From an uncultured Candidatus Peribacteria bacterium (GTDB lineage Bacteria > Patescibacteriota > Gracilibacteria > UM-FILTER-43-11): a DNA stretch of 35,027 nucleotides. The stretch covers positions 1 to 35,027 of the forward strand of contig CAZIDW010000003.1 in assembly GCA_964538225.1 (NCBI GenBank), given 5' to 3'. Under the pieces are notes generated by a model. That model was given only the letters and a program-made list of their open reading frames with translations, made no database searches and was not told the origin of the DNA. Position 1 is the stretch's first letter. Each line of letters starts with the position of its first letter. A program made the translations under genes and the position numbers. This document shows positions 1-7,775 of this stretch, piece after piece.

Positions 1-58
1 AAAGTTTTGTATGAACTTTTATCGGGAAAAAACACCTAAAAAGTTCCATTATGCCCAA

Positions 59-129
59 ATTTCTGATTTTATTTACACATTTAAAAATATCCCATTTCAT
101 TCTGAAATCTAAAATGTGAAAACTGAAAT
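59..129. repeat. heptamer-array palindrome (ATTTCTG/CTGAAAT family) just past the purD stop
   Basis: ctgaaat-ctaaaat-gtgaaaa-ctgaaat at 102-129, one atttctg at 59; spacer tttatttacacatttaaaaata resembles that at 10878-10899. Confidence 0.6.
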
Positions 130-132
130 GAA

Positions 133-1437
133 TTAGCCTCTCAGCTCCTTCATCATCTTCACCCGCCTCTGAATCAACTCTTGCGTCCCGATGTCTTTCC
201 GGTAAAAAATGGATCCCTCCACACTTTCCACCCCCTGCTGAGCCAGTGCTTCCGCTTCTTCGATCGTATCCGCGATGCCGACAAACGCCACGGCGCGGGA
301 ACCGGTCATGACCAATTCACCATCTACCTCATTCACCGACGCGTAAAAGACCTTGAGCCCTTCCGGGAGCGGGCCGATTTTGATTCGTTCGCCTTTTACC
401 GGGTTTACCGGATAGCCTTCCGGCACCGCGTATTTGCAGACGGTGGCTTTTTTAGAAAATTTGATGTCGAGTTCATCGAGCGTGCCGTTGATCATCGCCT
501 GACAGACATCAACATAATCGGTTTCTAAAAGCGGCAAAGCGTTCATGGCTTCCGGGTCGCCCAGGCGGACATTGTATTCGATCAGGCGGACACCGTCTTT
601 TACCGCGATAAACCCGCCATACAAAACCCCGACATAATTCTGGCCGGTTTCTTCTTTGATCGCTTTCACGGTCCCCATATTGATGGCATGCGCGTCTTTT
701 AAATCCCGTTCATTGAGAAAAGGAAAATTTTCGGGGTAATTATACGTGCCCATTCCGCCGGTGTTGGGGCCGGTATCACCTTCATACGCGCGCTTGTGAT
801 CCTGAATGGGGGGCATGTCGACAACGTTTTTTCCATCCACAAAGCTCATCAAACTGAATTCCTGACCGACAAATTTTTCCTCGATCACCACCTTTCCGTC
901 GCGCTCCACGCATTCTTTGGCATACAGCACGCCATCTTCCAGTTTTTCAAAATGGTCGCCCTGCACCTGGACCCCTTTTCCCCCTTGTAAACCATCCGCT
1001 TTCACGACAATCTGTCCAACTTTATTCGCGAATTCCATCATGCCGTCGATGGAGGTAAAGGTTTTGAATTTCGGGCCGCCGGGAACCTTGTGTTTGGCGA
1101 GTAATTCCCGCGTGAAGGATTTGGAACTTTCGATCCGGGCCAGTTCTTTAGCCGGTGACGCGGACGGAATACCGATGAGTTTCAGAACATCCACCACCCC
1201 CGCCGCCAGCGGGTTTTCCGGGCCGATAACCGCGAAATCCGGTTTATTTTCATTCGCAAATTCCTGGATGGCTTTCATATCTTTCAGATCCCCCGCATGA
1301 TAAACGGATGCGAGATCCCGGATGCCGGGGTTTACAGCACTGGCGTATACCAATAATTCATTGCATTTAGAAGATTTTTTAAGGGCTTCGGCCATGGCGT
1401 GTTCACGGGCTCCGTTGCCAACTAATAAAATTTTCAT
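133..1437 (-). CDS. purD: phosphoribosylamine--glycine ligase
   Basis: 434 aa; N-terminal GNGAREHA, IGPENPL, ESSKSF, KADGLQGGKGV, QDHKRAYEGDTGPNTGGMG and EYNVRLGDPE motifs of GARS. Confidence 0.97.
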   Translation of the reverse strand: MKILLVGNGAREHAMAEALKKSSKCNELLVYASAVNPGIRDLASVYHAGDLKDMKAIQEFANENKPDFAVIGPENPLAAGVVDVLKLIGIPSASPAKELARIESSKSFTRELLAKHKVPGGPKFKTFTSIDGMMEFANKVGQIVVKADGLQGGKGVQVQGDHFEKLEDGVLYAKECVERDGKVVIEEKFVGQEFSLMSFVDGKNVVDMPPIQDHKRAYEGDTGPNTGGMGTYNYPENFPFLNERDLKDAHAINMGTVKAIKEETGQNYVGVLYGGFIAVKDGVRLIEYNVRLGDPEAMNALPLLETDYVDVCQAMINGTLDELDIKFSKKATVCKYAVPEGYPVNPVKGERIKIGPLPEGLKVFYASVNEVDGELVMTGSRAVAFVGIADTIEEAEALAQQGVESVEGSIFYRKDIGTQELIQRRVKMMKELRG

Positions 1438-1491
1438 AATGTCTGATATTTAAAAAATACTGCCCGCCTATTATAGCGTAGATTGGGGAAA

Positions 1492-2008
1492 AGTCGACCA
1501 CCCCGCCCCGATTTTCATCGGGGCACCCCTCCTTAATTAAGGAGGGGATTTTTTTGATGTTTGTTTTTTATTTTTTTGATACAATATTGAACTTTATGAA
1601 TCTAAAATAGAATAATGAGAATACACAATCGAATAATTGAATATGATTTAAGAAAAAAGCTAAGAAATAATATGACCGAGGCAGAGGTAATATTGTGGTC
1701 ACAACTTAAGGGAAAACAATTACAAGGTCTAAAATTCAGAAGACAACATAGTATTGAATCTTATGTCTTAGATTTCTATTGCCCAGAATTAAAATTGGCT
1801 ATTGAATTAGATGGCGAATATCATTTAAAAAAAGAGATTCAAGAATATGATCAGGAACGCCAAAGTTATATTGAAGATTTGGGAATTTCTTTTATTCGTT
1901 TTACAAACAAAGAAGTTTGTAAAAATGTAAATGAAGTTATTCAAAAAATCCTATCAGCAACCCCCTCATCGGATGAGGAGGGGTGCCCGTAGGGCGGGGT
2001 GGTCGACT
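1492..2008. mobile_element. DUF559 cassette bounded by inverted REP-like repeats
   Basis: 17-bp perfect terminal IR agtcgaccaccccgccc (1492-1508 / 1992-2008) plus a 13-bp inner IR (1521-1533 / 1976-1988); AT-rich interior. Confidence 0.7.
1615..1992 (+). CDS. DUF559 / Vsr-like PD-(D/E)XK endonuclease domain protein
   Basis: 125 aa; LRNNMTEAEVILW, FRRQHSI..YVLDFYC, LAIELDG.YH, D..R..Y...LG...IRF.N. Confidence 0.92.
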   Translation: MRIHNRIIEYDLRKKLRNNMTEAEVILWSQLKGKQLQGLKFRRQHSIESYVLDFYCPELKLAIELDGEYHLKKEIQEYDQERQSYIEDLGISFIRFTNKEVCKNVNEVIQKILSATPSSDEEGCP

Positions 2009-3716
2009 ATTCAAACTTCCGCTTCCTCGTATACCTCGTCAGCAATAATTCCTCCTGCTTGTGTTTGGGGAGTTTGGCGATGTAATTTTCGAAAAAATCG
2101 ATGACCATCGGGTTTTGGTGGGCGGTTCGGATCTTCATCTTATCGTCTATGCTGTACAAAGCCTGGATCCGTTCCCAGATGATTGCTTCGGAATTCGGAT
2201 ACGGCTGGCCGCCGCCGCCGATACATCCGCCCGGACAGGCCATCATCTCGATGTAATCGTACGCCAACGGATTCTTTTTGATCTCTTCGATGAGAATACG
2301 GGAATTCTTTGGCATGTAAGCAACAGCCACATGAAGGGTGCGGCTGCCGAATTTAACCGTCGCCTTTTTAACCCCCTGCATCCCGCGGACTTCTTTGAAT
2401 TCGACTTTTTTCAATTCCTTGCCGGTAATAAAATGATAGGCGGAGCGGAGCGCCGATTCCATCACGCCGCCACTCGCGCCGTAAATCGCGGCCGCGCCGG
2501 AATACGTACCGGGTGTATCCAGTTTTCCTTTTTTGAGTTTCGGCAGATCGATGCGATGTTTTTTAAGGAGCGCGCCGGTTTCACGCGTTGTCAGCACATG
2601 ATCGACCGGGTACAGGCCGTTTATTTTTAATTTCTGAAAACCGGCTTCGTATTTTTTGGAGGTGCACGGCATAAAAGAAACGATGACGATTTTTTTCGGG
2701 TTTACACCGGCTTTTTTGGCCCACCACGTTTTGTATGCCCCGCCGGAATGGATCTGCGGAGAACGGGATCGGGTAAGGTGGGGTAGTATTTCCGGATGAT
2801 AAAATTCCGCGTACTTTACCCACCCCGGACAGCATGACGTGATCATAGGAAGAGTACCGTTATTTAAAATCCGTTCCGCCAGTTCCGCGGCTTCCACGTA
2901 GGTGGTAATGTCGGCGCCCATATTCACGTCAAACACGTAATCAAATCCGAGCTTGCGGAGCGCCGTGACCATTTCGCCTTCCAGATTTTTACCGGGCGGC
3001 AAGCCAAATTCCTCGCCGATGCTGGCGCGGACGGACGGAGCCATCTGGGCGATGAGGATCTTACCTTTTTTATTCTTTAGTAATTTTTCAACGGGTGTTA
3101 GGTGATCCTGTTCGCGTACAGCTGCCACCGGACAATGGGCGGTACACTGGCCGCAATAAACACAATCCACTTTCGGGTCTTTATTATAAGCAAGATGGGT
3201 TTTGCTACCTTTACCTTCGAGCTTTAAAAAACCAATGCCAATCTTTTCACACATCTCCACGCATTTGTTACAGGCGATACAGGCCTGCGGGTCGAATTCC
3301 GCGGCCGCGCCCATTTTGTGAATCGGGGCTTTGATCTCATCACGGTGGTATTTGGTGCCGGTGACCTGATATTGTTTCATTTTTTGCGCGGTCCGGCAAA
3401 AATACCCCTGCCGGCACTTGGGGCAGATCTTTTTATGGTCCGCCAGCAGGAGCTCCAGGTTTTCATTGCGCAGTTTACGGACTTTAGGGGAATGGGTTTT
3501 TACTTTCAGCCCGGACTTGACGGTGAAGTCGCAGGACGTGGTCACATTGCCTTCCACTTCCACCAGGCATGTGCGGCAGCGGACGTCCGGCGGAAGGTCT
3601 TCGTGGTAACAGAAATGCGGAATATCGATACTGTTACGGATGGCGACCTGCAGAACGCTTTCGCCCTCGTTACATGCATACTTTTTGCCGTCGATGTGAA
3701 TGGGAATTTTTTTCAT
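2007..3716 (-). CDS. hydA: [FeFe] hydrogenase catalytic subunit (group A type, with F-clusters)
   Basis: 569 aa; H-cluster motifs TSCCPGW, MPCTSKKYE, EMMACPGGCIGGGGQP; N-terminal 2Fe-2S cysteines, HxxxCxxCx5C, two CxxCxxCxxxC ferredoxin motifs. Confidence 0.95.
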   Translation of the reverse strand: MKKIPIHIDGKKYACNEGESVLQVAIRNSIDIPHFCYHEDLPPDVRCRTCLVEVEGNVTTSCDFTVKSGLKVKTHSPKVRKLRNENLELLLADHKKICPKCRQGYFCRTAQKMKQYQVTGTKYHRDEIKAPIHKMGAAAEFDPQACIACNKCVEMCEKIGIGFLKLEGKGSKTHLAYNKDPKVDCVYCGQCTAHCPVAAVREQDHLTPVEKLLKNKKGKILIAQMAPSVRASIGEEFGLPPGKNLEGEMVTALRKLGFDYVFDVNMGADITTYVEAAELAERILNNGTLPMITSCCPGWVKYAEFYHPEILPHLTRSRSPQIHSGGAYKTWWAKKAGVNPKKIVIVSFMPCTSKKYEAGFQKLKINGLYPVDHVLTTRETGALLKKHRIDLPKLKKGKLDTPGTYSGAAAIYGASGGVMESALRSAYHFITGKELKKVEFKEVRGMQGVKKATVKFGSRTLHVAVAYMPKNSRILIEEIKKNPLAYDYIEMMACPGGCIGGGGQPYPNSEAIIWERIQALYSIDDKMKIRTAHQNPMVIDFFENYIAKLPKHKQEELLLTRYTRKRKFE

Positions 3717-3764
3717 TTATTTGGTTATCAGTTTTTCTGAAGATGCGATGACATCATCGTACTT

Positions 3765-4760
3765 TCAGAATTTTCGAAGGACATTTTTCATATAACTCTT
3801 CACCGGAATCAGAATCGACTTCCCCAGTGCGCAAAACGAGGTCTTGCCCATGGTCTCGACGATTTCCATCATCTTTTTCCAGGGCACCCGCTTATGGCGT
3901 TTGAGGAGTTTATATAATTGATACGACCCTTCCCGACAGGGCGTGCATTTGCCGCAGCTTTCTTTGGCGTAAAACTCAAACCAATGCAGGAGCAGTTCGC
4001 GGGGATCGGTTTCGGCTTTAAAAACCTGAATGGAACCCGCGCCGGTCATCTTCTGGGTTTCTATTTGTTTTTGATTGATGACCAGACCGCTCGCCCCGCC
4101 CCCGATCTGCGCGAAAAAATCATAACGGGGGTAGCGTTTGGTCTCTTTGAGGATTTTTTCAATCGTCCAGTCATCGGGCAGGTAGCAGACTCGGTTTCGT
4201 TTCAGCGGGCTGGACAGGGAATAAAAGCGCTTCGGCTCAAACTTATCTTCCGCCACCTGGGCGATGTTGAACAAAGTTTCCACATTGTGGATAAGGGTGG
4301 GTTTGCCGAACAGTCCTTCATCGCACGGGTAAGGGGGTTTTAGGCGCGGTTCAATACGCTTTCCTTCGATGGCGTTCAAAAGGGCGGTTTCTTCCCCGCC
4401 GATGTAGCTGGGCTTTTCTTCATACACGGTGAACCGGTATCCCCTGGCTTCATAGCGCTTTAAGATGGAATCGAGTTTTAGCACCACCCGCCGGTAATAC
4501 TTTTTATTGAAATTAAAATAGGCCTGTTTGGTTCCTAAAAAATCCATCGCCAGCACCATGCCTTTCACCACATCTTCCGGATATTTTTTAAGAATGTGGA
4601 TGTCTTTAAACACATCCAACTCCCCTTCGCTGGCGTTGCAGATAACATATTTCGGCCGGCCGGCCGCTTTTTTGACCATTTCCCATTTGCGCGCGACGGG
4701 AAAACCCGCGCCCCCCCGGCCCACCAGTTTCGCGGCTTTGATTTTGTCGAGAATATCCAT
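3765..4760 (-). CDS. NuoF/HydB-like FMN/NADH-binding subunit (short form)
   Basis: 331 aa; GRGGAGFP..KW, CNASEGE, YIGGEETALLNAIEG, NVETL, ESCGKCTPCREG..C. Confidence 0.9.
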   Translation of the reverse strand: MDILDKIKAAKLVGRGGAGFPVARKWEMVKKAAGRPKYVICNASEGELDVFKDIHILKKYPEDVVKGMVLAMDFLGTKQAYFNFNKKYYRRVVLKLDSILKRYEARGYRFTVYEEKPSYIGGEETALLNAIEGKRIEPRLKPPYPCDEGLFGKPTLIHNVETLFNIAQVAEDKFEPKRFYSLSSPLKRNRVCYLPDDWTIEKILKETKRYPRYDFFAQIGGGASGLVINQKQIETQKMTGAGSIQVFKAETDPRELLLHWFEFYAKESCGKCTPCREGSYQLYKLLKRHKRVPWKKMMEIVETMGKTSFCALGKSILIPVKSYMKNVLRKF

Positions 4761-4796
4761 GGATTTCTTATGGATTGCTAATGGATGTTAATCAGC

Positions 4797-4873
4797 TGTC
4801 AGGTGTCAGGTGTCAGATGTCAGCTGTCAGGTGTCAGGTGTCAGATGTCAGATGTCAGTTGTCAGATGTCAAT
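4797..4873. repeat. tandem TGTCAGN heptamer array (10 units plus one variant)
   Basis: Units counted directly at 4797-4866, then tgtcaat, which contains the stop codon of the upstream minus-strand gene. Confidence 0.97.
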
Positions 4874-5381
4874 CAGTTATATTTTTTAAAATAAGATACG
4901 CCACGCCTCCTCCGATCACCGCTGTAACAAACTGCGGCCAGCTCATCATCACGGCCAGTTTGGCAACGATTTCCTGCTTCAGCAGTTTGCTCATAATCAG
5001 CGTGACGGATTCATGGAGAAAGGCGAATTTAAGAAACGCGGCAATGCCGATTGCCAGTAAAAAATTTCTTTTATATAGGTAATAAAAGGTGGCGACCAGT
5101 ACCGCGTTGCCGATCATAATAAACGGCACCATGAGTGCCAGAGGCAGCGGGAGCAAACCGGCGACAAGCGCGATGGTGCTGGGCATCAGACCGATGAGCA
5201 CCGCCTCCATAGGACCAATGAGAACGGTGGTTATTATCAAAACCGCATTGACCATCGGGCCGGTGATCCACTGGATGTGGATAAAGGCGGGGACGATGAT
5301 GGATAAACCGAACAATCCCGCAAAAAGAAGAATCTTAATACGGGTAGAATCAAGTGCCTGAGTCAGGTGTTTTTTATTCAT
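4869..5381 (-). CDS. ECF transporter S-component-like membrane protein
   Basis: 170 aa, about 5 hydrophobic segments; QWITGPMVNAVL, PFIMIGN and WPQFVTA patterns; co-oriented with the hydrogenase genes. Confidence 0.7.
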   Translation of the reverse strand: MNKKHLTQALDSTRIKILLFAGLFGLSIIVPAFIHIQWITGPMVNAVLIITTVLIGPMEAVLIGLMPSTIALVAGLLPLPLALMVPFIMIGNAVLVATFYYLYKRNFLLAIGIAAFLKFAFLHESVTLIMSKLLKQEIVAKLAVMMSWPQFVTAVIGGGVAYLILKNITD

Positions 5382-5529
5382 GATCTTTGTTTCATATTGA
5401 TAAATATTTTACCATACAAGGGGGGTAAATAAAAATTTTATAATGGATTTTAAGATGATTCGCCCCCTGCCGCCTGTATTTTACTGCTGTTTTATGGTAA
5501 AACTAATTTTGCCATTTAACCTTAAAATC

Positions 5530-5712
5530 ATGTCCTTAGAAAAACCCAGAGACGATGAGCCTTCGGAAGCGGAAACCGAAAGCCGAAAAACCAGAAAACC
5601 GCTTAATCCGCATTACTTAGCGGTCGCCATGGGCCAGGCGAATATGACCCACGCGCGGGCTTTGGCTGCCATAATGGAAGATAAAAAAAATAATCCGGAT
5701 GCCGATGAATAA
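5530..5712 (+). CDS. small hypothetical protein (60 aa from ATG 5530)
   Basis: ATG after an AT-rich leader; stop overlaps the next start; no recognised motif. Confidence 0.45.
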   Translation: MSLEKPRDDEPSEAETESRKTRKPLNPHYLAVAMGQANMTHARALAAIMEDKKNNPDADE

Positions 5713-6511
5713 ACATCTGGTCCGTTTAAAAACATTGCAGATCATCGTGGACGGCCTGTTACTTCTGGCCGCGTTCGCGCTGGCTTATTTTCTGCGCATC
5801 GGCTTTTACTTTTCAACGGATTTTCCGTTTGATCAGTATATGATCATCGCCCTTATTACCACACCCGTTACGCTGGGATTCATGTTTTTCGCCCGCGCCT
5901 ATAAACTGACCCAGCAGATCCGGAGCCTGCGGCACATGCAGAGGATCGCGTTTGTGGCGATCGAGAATGTGGCGGTGTTTATGGTGCTGTATTACTTCGC
6001 GTACCAGAATTTCTTTTCGCGCCTGATCCTGGTTTACATCTTTCTGCTGACGTTCCTGTTCGTGTATTTCTGGCACCGGATCTTTAAATGGATTTTGCAG
6101 AAAAGCGCGGAACGGGAAGTGGGCGTGTACCGCACGCTCATCATCGGCGCGAACCGGCCGGCGGAAGCAATTGTGAAACACCTGATCCAGACCAAATCTC
6201 ACATCAAACCGGTGGCGATTATTGACGCGCAGGGAACGGGTAAAAGCGTGATCGCGGGGGTGCCGGTAGTGGGTAAGATGAATGTGTTTGAAAAAGCCAT
6301 CGCCCAGCACGACGTCGACCATATTCTTCAGGCGGATCATCTGGAGCAAAGCTTAAACATCATCAATTACGCCCTCCAGAACAACCTTAAATTCATCATG
6401 CCGCCGGAACTTCTGGGAATCTTTCAGGGACATCAGCGGGTAGAGGAAATTGAAGGACAGCCGTTTTTGAAAGTTGTGAGGAAGAAACATTGGTGGGATA
6501 AAATCTGGTAA
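5705..6511 (+). CDS. N-terminal part (4 TM + Rossmann-like domain) of a WcaJ/WbaP-type sugar transferase, no catalytic domain
   Basis: D-helix start, FFSRLILVY, RTLIIGA, GVPVVG, EEIEGQPFL; stops where the catalytic domain would begin. Confidence 0.75.
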   Translation: MNKHLVRLKTLQIIVDGLLLLAAFALAYFLRIGFYFSTDFPFDQYMIIALITTPVTLGFMFFARAYKLTQQIRSLRHMQRIAFVAIENVAVFMVLYYFAYQNFFSRLILVYIFLLTFLFVYFWHRIFKWILQKSAEREVGVYRTLIIGANRPAEAIVKHLIQTKSHIKPVAIIDAQGTGKSVIAGVPVVGKMNVFEKAIAQHDVDHILQADHLEQSLNIINYALQNNLKFIMPPELLGIFQGHQRVEEIEGQPFLKVVRKKHWWDKIW

Positions 6512-6519
6512 ACCTTTTT

Positions 6520-6615
6520 AAAATAACAAATATCAAATTTTAAATATCAAATTTTAATTTAAGGTACCAAAAATTGTAATTTGTCATTTGTAATTTAAAA
6601 TTTAAAATTTGTAAT
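6520..6615. repeat. heptamer-array palindrome (NNCAAAT/ATTTGNN family), copy 1
   Basis: 6520-6609 matches the reverse complement of 30588-30677 at 82/90 positions. Confidence 0.9.
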
Positions 6616-6617
6616 TA

Positions 6618-7562
6618 GTGAAGTGTATTATACTGGCCGGCGGTTTCGCGACACGGTTGTGGCCGCTGACGGAAAATAAGGCAAAACCCCTTCTGCACCT
6701 GAAGGATAAACCGATTATCTCGCATATTGCCGACGGCCTGCCGGAGGATATGGAAATCGTTATTTCGACCAACGCGGTTTTTGAAAATGAATTTAAAAAA
6801 TGGGCGAAGGATTATAAAAACCGCCCGATTAAAATTTTTGTGGAGGATTCGTTTGACGATGAATTTAAAAAAGGGGCGTTGGGCGCCGCCGCCATGGTGA
6901 TCGGGCACGAAAAGCTGGATGAGGATTTACTGCTGATCGCCGGCGATAATTATTTCGGATTTAAAATGAAGGATTTTATTGATTCTTACCAAAATAACCC
7001 CCTGTTGGCGGCGTACGATATCCGGAATCCGGATTTGGCGAAACGGTTTGGAGTCGTGGTTGAACAGGGCGGACGTGTGGTCGAATTCCAGGAGAAACCG
7101 CAGGAGCCGAAAAGCACTTTAGTGAGTACCGGCTGTTATATTTTTCCCAAAGAAAATCTGGACGATATTGTGGAATATGCCAAAGAAAAAAATGATGATT
7201 TGGGCGGCATTTTTGAACATCTGCTTAAAAAAGGAGTGCCTGTCAGCGTTTTTTCTTTCAGGGAAAAATGGTTTGATGTGGGGTCGTTTGAGGGTTATCT
7301 GGAAGCAAATCGGGAGCTTCTGGACGAACGGGTGATCGAAAACGGTCAGGTGGAAAAAGAAGGCTCACAATTTAAGGGCGGCGTTTATTTGGGTGACCAC
7401 ACAACAATCCAAAATTCGACTTTAGAAAACGCGGTGATTTTAAAAAACTGCAAAATCATCAACTGCGTGCTGAGAAACTGCATTGTGGATGAGGGATCTG
7501 AACTTAAAAACATCGACCTGAGCCACAAGATGATACGGCAGGGTAGTAAAATACAGAAATGA
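6618..7562 (+). CDS. sugar-phosphate nucleotidyltransferase with C-terminal left-handed beta-helix
   Basis: 314 aa; ILAGGFATRLWPLT..KAKPLL, IAGDN, FQEKP, WFDVG; GTG start. Confidence 0.92.
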   Translation: MKCIILAGGFATRLWPLTENKAKPLLHLKDKPIISHIADGLPEDMEIVISTNAVFENEFKKWAKDYKNRPIKIFVEDSFDDEFKKGALGAAAMVIGHEKLDEDLLLIAGDNYFGFKMKDFIDSYQNNPLLAAYDIRNPDLAKRFGVVVEQGGRVVEFQEKPQEPKSTLVSTGCYIFPKENLDDIVEYAKEKNDDLGGIFEHLLKKGVPVSVFSFREKWFDVGSFEGYLEANRELLDERVIENGQVEKEGSQFKGGVYLGDHTTIQNSTLENAVILKNCKIINCVLRNCIVDEGSELKNIDLSHKMIRQGSKIQK

Positions 7563-7643
7563 TCAATTTTAAATGACAAATGACAAATTTTAATTTTGCA
7601 TAAAGTAAACCGGCCAAAATTGTCATTTAAAATTTGTCATTTC
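7557..7643. repeat. heptamer-array palindrome (GACAAAT/ATTTGTC family)
   Basis: caattttaaatgacaaatgacaaattt ... aaaattgtcatttaaaatttgtcatttc; starts on the stop codon. Confidence 0.85.
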
Positions 7644-7678
7644 ACAGGGTTTCCGCTAAACTTATTCCGCCCGTTTTT

Positions 7679-7752
7679 ATGACGAAATGACGTAATAATG
7701 AAATGACAGATAAATTAAGTTGTTTGCCACTCCGTCATATCGTTATCTCGTA
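7679..7752. repeat. octamer-period inverted array upstream of secD
   Basis: atgacgaa-atgacgta-ataatgaa-atgacaga ... ccgtcata-tcgttatc-tcgtatt. Confidence 0.55.
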
Positions 7753-7775
7753 TTAATATTTAATTCTAAAACAAG

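Noticed and set aside
4797-4873. CRISPR array
   Set aside because: Contiguous 7-mers with no unique spacers; no cas genes in the window.
4810-5082. ORF MSDVSCQVSGVRCQ... (and 9854-10162 MSAVRCQ...)
   Set aside because: Translations of the heptamer arrays running antisense to real genes.
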